In this document: in pieces, positions 12,601 through 17,334 of the stretch
Layout: the number at the start of each line of letters is the position of its first letter
How positions within the stretch are numbered: position 1 is the stretch's first letter
Source: Mycolicibacterium smegmatis
Lineage (GTDB): Bacteria; Actinomycetota; Actinomycetes; Mycobacteriales; Mycobacteriaceae
DNA: 32,000 nt
Assembly: GCF_001457595.1 (NCBI RefSeq)
Contig: NZ_LN831039.1
Coordinates: 4,860,001 to 4,892,000, forward strand
Reading direction: 5' to 3'
The notes under the pieces: generated by a model
The model's database searches: none
What the model was told of the DNA's origin: nothing
What the model saw: only the letters and a program-made list of their open reading frames with translations
Translations under genes and position numbers: made by a program

Positions 12601-12874
12601 CGACCAGTTCGGACGCGACGGGCTCCAGCAGCAGCTCGGCCTCACCGGCCAGCGTCGCGAGCTCGGACTCGATACCGGCCGAGGACACCAGTTCCTCGAG
12701 GGTCTCCAGCCACGCGCTGCCCTGGCCGCCGAACGCGACGGCGTAGGGCTCGCCGGCACTGAGCCGGTCGACCAGGGCGTGGGCGGTGTCGGCAGCATTC
12801 CCGTCGGCCGTACGGTCAGATCCGGACTCGTCGTTCCAACCGGCGGGGACCCGGTCGTGTTCGTAGATCGTCAC
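3605..12874 (-). CDS. fas: Type I fatty acid synthase, multidomain (AT-ER-DH-MPT-ACP-KR-KS order)
   Basis: Single 3089-aa ORF with a GTG start. Domain signatures seen in the translation:
- AT: VAGHSQGVLAV (Ser codon at 12400..12398)
- ER: ILLAGMTPTTVD...AGHWAELAGGGQ
- Hot-dog dehydratase: VVSGDHNPIHTD
- MPT: ACGHSVGEYTALA
- Ala/Pro/Glu linker followed by ACP: LLVDLGSELNLG
- KR: VAVVTGASKGSIAAS
- KS: PVGACATAAVS, LTGHAKGGA, SLGFGHVSG. Confidence 0.98.
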   Translation of the reverse strand: MTIYEHDRVPAGWNDESGSDRTADGNAADTAHALVDRLSAGEPYAVAFGGQGSAWLETLEELVSSAGIESELATLAGEAELLLEPVASELVVVRPIGFEPLQWVRALAAEEPVPSDKQLTSAAVSVPGVLLTQIAAVRALARQGMDLTATPPVAVAGHSQGVLAVQALAAKGAKDVELLALAQLIGAAGTLVARRRGITVLGDRPPMVSVTNADPERIYELLEEFSSDVRTVLPPVLSIRNGRRSVVITGTPEQLSRFELYCTQIAEKEEAERKNKLRGGAVFAPVFDPVQVEVGFHTPRLSDGIEIVGRWAETVGLDVELAKELTESILVRQVDWVDEITELHEAGARWILDLGPGDILTRLTAPVIRGLGIGIVPAATRGGQRNLFTVGAVPEVARPWSSYAPTVVKLPDGSVKLETKFTRLTGRSPILLAGMTPTTVDAKIVAAAANAGHWAELAGGGQVTEQIFNDRIAELETLLEPGRAIQFNTLFLDPYLWKLQVGGKRLVQRARQSGAPIDGLVVSAGIPDLEEAVDIIDELNEVGISHVVFKPGTVEQIRSVIRIAAEVPTKPVIVHIEGGRAGGHHSWEDLDDLLLATYSELRSRSNITICVGGGIGTPERSAEYLSGRWAEVHGYPLMPIDGILVGTAAMATLEATTSPQVKQLLVETKGTEAWVGAGKAANGMASGRSQLGADIHEIDNAASRCGRLLDEVAGDADAVAERRDEIIAAMAQTAKPYFGDVAEMTYLQWLRRYVELAIGDGNSTADTKRPDSPWLDITWRDRFEQMLKRAEARLHPQDFGPIETLFDADADGERLLEDPEAAITALLQRYPDAETVVLHPADVPFFVELCKTLGKPVNFVPVIDKDVRRWWRSDSLWQAHDARYEADQVCVIPGTAAVAGITRVDEPVGELLDRFEQAAVDEVLGAGAEPVEVLSRRQARRDASGPLAVVLDAPDVLWAGRMSVNPVHRIAAPTEWQVREGSDNRSASHPSTGARLEVADDQHVVLSVPLSGTWIEIRFTLTDVVRSGGAPIVEVDDAATAMRAVLAIAAGVEGPENLPKVVDNTATVTVDWDPERVADHTGVTATFGAPLAPTLTVVPDALVGRCWPAVFAAIGSAATDAGFPVIEGLLSLVHLDHAARLLAELPKEPAEFTVTAKASAATDTEVGRVVPVSVEVRNAADGALLATLEERFAIRGRTGAAELTDPVRAGGAISDNATDTPRRRRRDVTVGAPVDMRPFAVVSGDHNPIHTDRAAALLAGLEGPIVHGMWLSAAAQHVVTATDGKPVPPAKLIGWTARFLGMVKPGDQVDFRVDRVGIDVGAEVLEVSARIGSELVMAATARLAAPKTVYAFPGQGIQHKGMGMEVRARSKAARKVWDSADKFTRETLGFSVLHVVRDNPTSLIASGVHYHHPDGVLFLTQFTQVAMATVAAAQVAEMREQGAFVEGAIACGHSVGEYTALACVSGVYELEALLEVVFHRGSKMHDIVPRDELGRSNYRLAAIRPSQIDLDDADVKDFVAEISERTGEFLEIVNFNLRGSQYAIAGTVAGLEALEEEIERRRQITGGKRSFILVPGIDVPFHSSVLRVGVADFRRSLERVMPRDKDPELIIGRYIPNLVPRPFTLDRDFIQEIRDLVPAEPLDEVLADYDTWRNEKPKELCRKVVIELLAWQFASPVRWIETQDLLFIEEAAGGLGVERFVEIGVKSAPTVAGLATNTLKLPEYSHSTVEVLNSERDAAVLFATDTDPEPEPEADEPTADAPAEAAPAAAAAPAPVAAPAAPSGGPRPDDITFDAADATVALIALSAKMRIDQIEALDSIESITDGASSRRNQLLVDLGSELNLGAIDGAAEADLGALKGQVTKLARTYKPFGPVLSDAINDQLRTVLGPSGKRPAYITERVTKTWELGPGWAKHVTVEFALGTREGSSVRGGDLGGLHAGALASAADVDKVIDGAVAAVAARRGISVSLPSAGGASGGVVDSAALGEFAEKVTGPDGVLASAARLVLNQLGLSDVVTTPEAATDAELIDLVTAELGSDWPRLVAPTFDARKAVVFDDRWASAREDLVKLWLAEEGDIDAQWEQLSQRFEGTGHVVATQANWWQGKALAAGRNVHASLFGRIAAGAENPGKGRYSDEVAVVTGASKGSIAASVVGQLLDGGATVIATTSRLDDDRLAFYKQLYRDHARFDATLWVVPANMASYSDIDKLVEWVGTEQTESLGPQSIHLKDAQTPTLLFPFAAPRVAGDMSEVGSRAEMEMKVLLWAVQRLISGLSKIGAERDIASRLHVVLPGSPNRGMFGGDGAYGEAKSALDALENRWSAEKSWAERVSLAHALIGWTKGTGLMGQNDAIVSAVEEAGVTTYTTDEMAAMLLDLCTVETKVAAAGAPVKVDLTGGLGDIKIDMAELAAKAREEMSGAADESDDEAPAGTIRALPSPPRGYNPAPAPEWDDLDVDPADLVVIVGGAELGPYGSSRTRFEMEVSGELSAAGVLELAWTTGMVKWEDDPKAGWYDTETGELVPECEIVERYHDAVVERCGIREFVDDGAIDPDHASPLLVSVFLDKDFTFVVSSEADARAFVQFDPEHTVARPLPDSSDWEVTRKAGTEIRVPRKTKLSRTVGAQIPTGFDPTVWGISPDMASSIDRVALWNIVATVDAFLSSGFTPTELMRWVHPSQVASTQGTGMGGMTSMQTMYHGNLLGRAKPNDILQEVLPNVVAAHVMQSYVGGYGAMVHPVGACATAAVSVEEGVDKIKLGKADLVIAGGFDDLTLEAIIGFGDMAATADTEMMRAKGISDSKFSRANDRRRLGFLEAQGGGTILLARGDLALKMGLPVLAVVGYAQSFADGVHTSIPAPGLGALGAARGGRESTLARSLAQLGVGADDIAVISKHDTSTLANDPNETELHERIADSMGRAPGNPLFVVSQKTLTGHAKGGAAVFQMMGLCQILRDGVIPPNRSLDCVDDELATSGHFVWVREPLDLRGKFPLKAGLVTSLGFGHVSGLVALVHPEAFIAALDPSEREDYRTRAEQRMLAGQRRLVSAIAGGRPMYEKPADRRFDHDVPEKRQEAAMLLSTDARLGENDQYVL

Positions 12875-12883
12875 TGGGCGCTA

Positions 12884-12890
12884 TCTCCTC
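12884..12890 (-). promoter_or_regulatory. Shine-Dalgarno sequence of fas (GAGGAGA)
   Basis: The minus strand reads GAGGAGA-tagcgccca-GTG, a 9-nt spacer to the start at 12874. Confidence 0.6.
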
Positions 12891-13032
12891 GTGCTGCTCT
12901 GTCTGCTGCTGTCGTTGTCGCGTGTGGGCCTGTCGCGCAGGGCGGCGGCTCGGTGGTCTTGCGGGATCTCGTGGTGGTCTGTGGCGGTCTCGTGGGCGCG
13001 ACCTGGGCGCCTCGGTGCGTCAGGCCAACGGC

Positions 13033-13048
13033 GATTCGACGTCGAATC
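13033..13048. promoter_or_regulatory. Perfect 16-bp palindrome GATTCGACGTCGAATC in the fas upstream region (candidate operator)
   Basis: GATTCGAC/GTCGAATC is exactly self-complementary. It lies about 160 bp upstream of the fas GTG. Confidence 0.4.
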
Positions 13049-13177
13049 CTGGGGGCGTGCGGAGCGGTCCCGGGTGGGTCTGCTCGCGGCGGCGCCCTAA
13101 TAAGAGTGGCATAAGAACAGAGCGGCCTTTTCGGCGCGGATCGGTTACTGATGAGTTCTACGCACGGGTAACCGTCG

Positions 13178-13187
13178 GTAACGTTAC
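13178..13187. promoter_or_regulatory. Perfect 10-bp palindrome GTAACGTTAC within a cluster of GGTWAC hexamers
   Basis: GGTTAC 13143-13148, GGTAAC 13167-13172, GGTAAC 13177-13182, CGTTAC 13182-13187, GGTTAC 13241-13246. Confidence 0.3.
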
Positions 13188-13282
13188 GCGCCGCCGACGG
13201 GCGGCCCGAGGCGTTCAGGACAAACGTCCTGTTGGCAGGTGGTTACGGCCGAGTAGGGACAACACCGCAGATCAAGGCAGCA

Positions 13283-13304
13283 TTGTTATCTAATCGTTAT
13301 CTAA
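13283..13304. repeat. Two tandem 11-mers (TTGTTATCTAA / TCGTTATCTAA) in an AT-rich island
   Basis: GTTATCTAA occurs at 13285-13293 and 13296-13304. The period is exactly 11 bp and the units match at 10 of 11 positions. Confidence 0.6.
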
Positions 13305-13374
13305 ATTTACGGGCCGGCAGACGCGTCTCGCTCAACCGCCGGAGAGTCGACAATCCGACCGAAACTGTCTAGTG

Positions 13375-13386
13375 AGCCGTACGGCT
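13375..13386. promoter_or_regulatory. Perfect 12-bp palindrome AGCCGTACGGCT
   Basis: AGCCGT/ACGGCT is self-complementary. It lies between the pseudogene stop and the fas-proximal region, next to the most AT-rich stretch of the window. Confidence 0.35.
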
Positions 13387-13411
13387 TGGCTCAAAAAGTT
13401 TGCTGAAAATA

Positions 13412-13425
13412 TTACTAGTCAGTAA
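13412..13425. promoter_or_regulatory. Inverted repeat TTACT-AGTC-AGTAA overlapping a TAATAT -10-like hexamer on the fas-sense strand
   Basis: The arms TTACT and AGTAA are reverse complements. The minus strand reads ...cttactgactagTAATATtttcagc..., a near-consensus -10 box. If this promoter is used, the fas 5' UTR would be about 0.5 kb. Confidence 0.3.
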
Positions 13426-13467
13426 GGTTTTGCCGCCGCCGCGGTCCTGCGGCCGGTCGGTCGGTCC

Positions 13468-14159
13468 CTATCGCGGCGTGCGGACGTGGTTGATGCCGAC
13501 CCGGATCCCGCCAGCTGTGCGCTTGTCGATCTGCACCTCGTGCGGGCGCGCGGCAGGGTGCGTCAGCTTCTCGGCGAACCCCGGTTGCACTGCCGAAGGC
13601 AGGAACGGGGGCCATCCCGCAAAGCCTTCTCGAGGGTCCTGGCGTCGACGCACGCGGCGACCCGCCGCTCGCGGGCACCGCGCCGGTGGCCCGCGGATAC
13701 GGAGCGACCTGGCATTCGCACTGCTCGTAGCCCAGGATCGTCGTCGATCGAGGTTTTGAGCCGCGCGCCGCAGGAGCCGCCCGCGGCAACGTGTGACCGC
13801 CGCCCGCGCTCGGTCGGCGCACCCGCGGCATGCGAACCGAACCGATCCGCGGTGTCCGACTCTCCCAACCGACGGCAGGACGCGATCTTGAGCCCGTTCC
13901 GGTAGAGATCGCGTGCCTCCTTCGAGCCGGAGGGCGCACCGAACCGCCGCGCGCCGCCGGGTCTGCGTCCGGATACGTGGCGGATCGGGCCGATTGCTCC
14001 TGCGGCACGGATGCCGGAAACCTTGAGCGCGCCGGCCGAGTGACCGAGCAGCATGCCGGGTGGGCCCGCCGAAGCCTTCGGGACGCAGTTTGCCGACGAG
14101 ACGAAATCCGTGGCCTGAACAGGCTCATCACACGAAATCAAGATTGAGACTGCGAACAC
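13468..14159 (-). pseudogene. Decayed Rv2525c-like (DUF1906, Tat-secreted glycoside-hydrolase-like) gene relic with at least 3 frameshifts
   Basis: Homology jumps between the three minus-strand frames:
- Frame of ORF 13563..14159: ASAGPPGMLLGHSAGALKVSGIRAAGAIGPIRHVSGRRPGG...EARDL..NGLKIASC...TAD...AAGG...SIDDDP
- One extra nt near 13730-13733 shifts to GYEQCECQVAPYP in the frame of ORF 13415..14131.
- Back to the first frame: RRVAACVDARTLEKALRDG...NRGSP
- Then the frame of ORF 13468..13653: THPAARPHEVQIDKRTAGGIRVGINHV, ending at the stop at 13468.
From memory this is collinear with M. tuberculosis Rv2525c, the gene next to fas in that species. No twin-arginine signal peptide survives. Confidence 0.65.
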
Positions 14160-14172
14160 ACCGCGGAATTCT

Positions 14173-14178
14173 TACGAT
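14173..14178 (+). promoter_or_regulatory. Candidate -10 hexamer TACGAT, 5 nt upstream of the ABC ATPase ATG (possible leaderless operon)
   Basis: The sequence reads TACGAT-gagcc-ATG with no Shine-Dalgarno sequence. Only 24 nt separate the pseudogene ORF from the ATG at 14184. Confidence 0.35.
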
Positions 14179-14183
14179 GAGCC

Positions 14184-15290
14184 ATGCCTTCGGGGAGGGT
14201 CCAGAAAACGGCCGGCACACCACACGGCTCAGGAGCCACCGCCGTCGGTTCTGCGGATGCGGCGCCCCGCATCGAACTCGTCGGGGTCCGCAAGGTGTTC
14301 GGAGACGGCCGCCGCGAGGTCGTGGCGGTCGACCACGCCGATCTGACGGTCGCCGACGGCGAACTGTTCGCGATCCTCGGACCGTCCGGGTCGGGCAAGA
14401 CCACGGTGCTGCGGATGATCGCGGGTTTCGAGACCCCGACCTCGGGGACCATCCGGCTCGGTGGGACCGACGTCACCGGGGTGCCCGCGCGGCACCGCGA
14501 TGTCAACACCGTGTTCCAGGAGTACGCGTTGTTCCCCCACATGACCGTCGCGCAGAACATCGAATACGGCCTGCGGGTGCGCGGCGTCGGCAAAGCCGAA
14601 CGACGCCGCCGTGCGGCCGACGCGCTCGACATGGTGCGGCTGACCGATCAGGCGCGCAGGCGCCCCATCCAGTTGTCGGGCGGCCAGCGACAGCGCGTCG
14701 CGCTCGCACGCGCACTCGTCGGCCGCCCGCGTGTACTGCTGCTCGACGAACCCCTCGGCGCACTCGACCTCAAGCTGCGCGAGCAGATGCAGGTCGAACT
14801 CAAGGCGATCCAGCGCGAGGTGGGGATCACGTTCGTCATCGTCACCCACGACCAGGACGAGGCCCTCACGCTGTGTGACCGGCTCGCGGTGTTCAACAAC
14901 GGCCGCATCGAGCAGGTGGGCGGGGCCCGCGAGGTCTACGAACACCCTGCCAACCGCTTCGTCGCCGACTTCGTCGGCACCTCGAACGTTCTCGACGGCG
15001 AGGACGCCGTGGCGGTGTTCGGCCGGTCGGGCACCCTCGCGGTGCGGCCCGAGCGCATCGCCGTCGCCCCCGCGGGAACAGAACCGGCAGCCGGGCACCG
15101 CGGCATCGCGGCGACGGTCACCGAGATCATCTACGCGGGCCCGCTCACCCGCATCGCCGCGACCACCGCGGGCGGGGTCGCCGTCAACGCCAGCGTGCTC
15201 ACATCGAGTTCGTCTCTGCCGCAAGATATCTCCCACGGTTCTCCGATCACGTTGACGTGGCCGGAGTCCGCCGTCCACCACCTCGACTGA
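14184..15290 (+). CDS. ABC transporter ATP-binding protein, PotA/spermidine-putrescine type with C-terminal TOBE-like domain
   Basis: 368 aa. Walker [10 protein letters not shown], signature [15 protein letters not shown], Walker [12 protein letters not shown]. No alternative in-frame start lies before the conserved core. Confidence 0.92.
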   Translation: MPSGRVQKTAGTPHGSGATAVGSADAAPRIELVGVRKVFGDGRREVVAVDHADLTVADGELFAILGPSGSGKTTVLRMIAGFETPTSGTIRLGGTDVTGVPARHRDVNTVFQEYALFPHMTVAQNIEYGLRVRGVGKAERRRRAADALDMVRLTDQARRRPIQLSGGQRQRVALARALVGRPRVLLLDEPLGALDLKLREQMQVELKAIQREVGITFVIVTHDQDEALTLCDRLAVFNNGRIEQVGGAREVYEHPANRFVADFVGTSNVLDGEDAVAVFGRSGTLAVRPERIAVAPAGTEPAAGHRGIAATVTEIIYAGPLTRIAATTAGGVAVNASVLTSSSSLPQDISHGSPITLTWPESAVHHLD

Positions 15291-15310
15291 TGCTCACGAA
15301 GGGGCCGACG

Positions 15311-16516
15311 ATGAAGTTCTCTGCCATGCGCAATGCCGTGCGTACCGCGTTCGTGCTCGCCGCGTGTGCGACGCTCGTCGCCGCCTGCTCGGATTCGCAG
15401 CAGAACGGCGGCGGTGAGGGCGGCTCACCACCGCAGATGGAACCGCTGAGCGCCGTGGGCGACGGCGAAGGCCAGTTGAACCTGGTCGCGTGGGCCGGTT
15501 ACGCCGAGGACGGCTCCAACGATCCGGCGGTCGACTGGGTGACACCGTTCGAGCAGCAGACCGGGTGCCAGGTGAACGTGAAGGTGGGCAACACCTCCGA
15601 CGAGATGGTGCAGTTGATGAGAAGCGGCCAGTACGACGGTGTCTCGGCATCCGGCGACGCCACGCTGCGGCTCATCTACGCCGGTGACGTCGCGCCGGTG
15701 AACACCGATCTGGTGCCCAACTACGCGACGGTCTCGGACTTCCTCAAGGACAAGCCGTGGAACTCCGTCGACGGCCAGATGTACGGGGTTCCACACGGCT
15801 GGGGCGCAAACCTGTTGATGTACAACGTCAACGTGGTGCGCGACGCCCCCAATTCGTGGGCCGCGGTGTTCGACGACGCCGCCAAGTACAGGGGCAAGGT
15901 CACCGCGTACGACTCCCCCATCTACATCGCCGACGCGGCGCTGTACCTGTCGAAGTCCAAGCCGGAACTCGGCATCGAGGACCCGTACTCGCTGACACCC
16001 GAACAACTCGACGCCGCAACCGAACTGCTCAAGACCCAGCGCGAGAACATCGGCGAGTACTGGTCGGACTACACCAAGGAGGTGCAGGCCTTCGAGTCGG
16101 GCACCTCGGTGATCGGCACCACCTGGCAGGTCATCGCCAACACCATCGGCGCGGACAACAAGGTCCAGGTCAACACCGTGCTGCCCAAGGAGGGGTCGAC
16201 CGGTTGGTCGGACACCTGGATGCTGTCGTCGAAGGCCGCCCACCCGAACTGCATGTACAAGTGGATGGACTGGATCATCTCTCCCGAGGTCAACGCACAG
16301 GTCGCGGAGTACTTCGGCGAGGCGCCGGCCCAGACGAAGGCGTGCGAACACACCACCCAGAAGGACTTCTGCGACATCTACCACGCGACCGACGCCGACT
16401 TCGCCGCCAAGATCGCCTACTGGACCACACCGCAGACCAAGTGCGTCGACGGAAGCGGCGACGGCTGCACGGCCTACAGCGAGTGGGTCGACAAGTGGCA
16501 GCAGGTCAAGGGCTGA
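15311..16516 (+). CDS. ABC transporter substrate-binding lipoprotein (PotD/PotF-like, polyamine-type)
   Basis: ORF track 15257..16516. ATG at 15311 is preferred (GAAGGGG upstream, 20 nt after the ATPase stop). The N-terminus MKFSAMRNAVRTAFVLAACATLVAACSDSQ has a signal peptide with a lipobox (VAAC). The mature part looks like a family-1 solute-binding protein. Confidence 0.88.
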   Translation: MKFSAMRNAVRTAFVLAACATLVAACSDSQQNGGGEGGSPPQMEPLSAVGDGEGQLNLVAWAGYAEDGSNDPAVDWVTPFEQQTGCQVNVKVGNTSDEMVQLMRSGQYDGVSASGDATLRLIYAGDVAPVNTDLVPNYATVSDFLKDKPWNSVDGQMYGVPHGWGANLLMYNVNVVRDAPNSWAAVFDDAAKYRGKVTAYDSPIYIADAALYLSKSKPELGIEDPYSLTPEQLDAATELLKTQRENIGEYWSDYTKEVQAFESGTSVIGTTWQVIANTIGADNKVQVNTVLPKEGSTGWSDTWMLSSKAAHPNCMYKWMDWIISPEVNAQVAEYFGEAPAQTKACEHTTQKDFCDIYHATDADFAAKIAYWTTPQTKCVDGSGDGCTAYSEWVDKWQQVKG

Positions 16517-17334
16517 CAGACCGGGCTCGGCTGGCGTTCCTGCTGACGCCGCCGCTGGCCTGGCTGGTCGTCGCCTATCTGGGATCGCTTGCGGTACTTC
16601 TCGTTTCGGCCTTCTGGCAGACCAACGAGTTCACCGGCGCGGTGGTGCGCGCCTTCACGCTGCACAACATCGAGCGCGTGCTCACCGACGAGGTGTTCCG
16701 CGTGGCCACGCTGCGCACGCTCGGGGTGGCGCTGACCGTCACGGTCATCTGCGCGGCACTCGCCGTGCCCATCGCGCTGTACATGGCCAAGATCGCCTCG
16801 CCGCGTGCCCGGCTGATCCTGGTGGTCGCGGTGACCACGCCGCTGTGGGCCAGTTACCTGGTCAAGGCCTACGCGTGGCGCATGCTGCTCTCCCCGGAGG
16901 GACCGTTGTCGTGGGCGACGGGGTTCACGCCCGGCTACGGCATCGTCGCCACCGTGGCCACCCTGACCTATCTGTGGTTGCCGTACATGGTGATCCCGGT
17001 CTACGCGGCGTTCGAGCGGATCCCCGACGCGCTGGTCGACGCCAGTTCGGACCTCGGCGCGTCCGATTTCGCGACCATGCGGATGGTGCTGGCCCCGTTG
17101 GTCTTCCCGGGGATCGCGGCGGGCTCGATCTTCACGTTCTCACTGTCGCTCGGCGACTACATCGCCGTGACGATCGTCGGAGGGAAGACGCAGATGCTGG
17201 GCAACATCATCTACGGCCAGCTCGTCACCGCCAACAACCAGCCGCTTGCGGCCGCGCTGTCGATCATCCCGCTCGCCGCGATCGTCGCCTATCTGCTGGC
17301 GATGCGGCGCACGGGTGCACTGGAGAACGTGTGA
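16495..17334 (+). CDS. ABC transporter permease (PotB-like)
   Basis: This is the C-terminal two-thirds of track ORF 15757..17334. Only the part after the binding-protein stop is real. The start is probably GTG 16495 (or 16483), overlapping the upstream stop. It has six TM segments and the EAA loop ERIPDALVDASSDLGASDFATMR. Confidence 0.85.
   Translation: MAAGQGLTDRARLAFLLTPPLAWLVVAYLGSLAVLLVSAFWQTNEFTGAVVRAFTLHNIERVLTDEVFRVATLRTLGVALTVTVICAALAVPIALYMAKIASPRARLILVVAVTTPLWASYLVKAYAWRMLLSPEGPLSWATGFTPGYGIVATVATLTYLWLPYMVIPVYAAFERIPDALVDASSDLGASDFATMRMVLAPLVFPGIAAGSIFTFSLSLGDYIAVTIVGGKTQMLGNIIYGQLVTANNQPLAAALSIIPLAAIVAYLLAMRRTGALENV

Noticed and set aside
13143-13173. CTGATGAG between GGTTAC and GGTAACC resembles the hammerhead ribozyme core CUGAUGA.
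   Set aside because: No GAAA core element, stem II/III arrangement or cleavage-site triplet is present in the required geometry on either strand.
12891-13293. Plus-strand ORFs 12891..13100 and 12922..13293 upstream of fas.
   Set aside because: They exist only because this stretch has almost no A on the plus strand, so no stop codons are possible. They have no ribosome-binding site, the sequence is Gly/Arg/Ser/Leu-rich, and codon bias is poor.
13415-14159. ORFs of 238 aa and 198 aa, the latter with a GHSAG motif that first looked like a serine-hydrolase nucleophile elbow.
   Set aside because: Neither frame is coding-like along its whole length, and both are Arg-rich. The GHSAG lines up with a non-catalytic segment (DYAAG, from memory) of Rv2525c-type proteins. 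The ORFs are better explained as pieces of one frameshifted pseudogene.
14060-15281. Alternative-frame ORFs 14060..14878 (+), 14229..15281 (-) and similar ORFs over the ABC ATPase.
   Set aside because: The 14184..15290 frame carries Walker A, the ABC signature and Walker B. The others are Arg/Pro-rich shadows.
15757-16494. The first 246 codons of the 525-aa track ORF 15757..17334. The same applies to 16845..17333 of ORF 16845..18134.
   Set aside because: These stretches are out of frame across the well-supported binding-protein and permease-1 genes, with Arg/Gly-rich translations. Only the portions after the upstream stop codons are genuine permeases.
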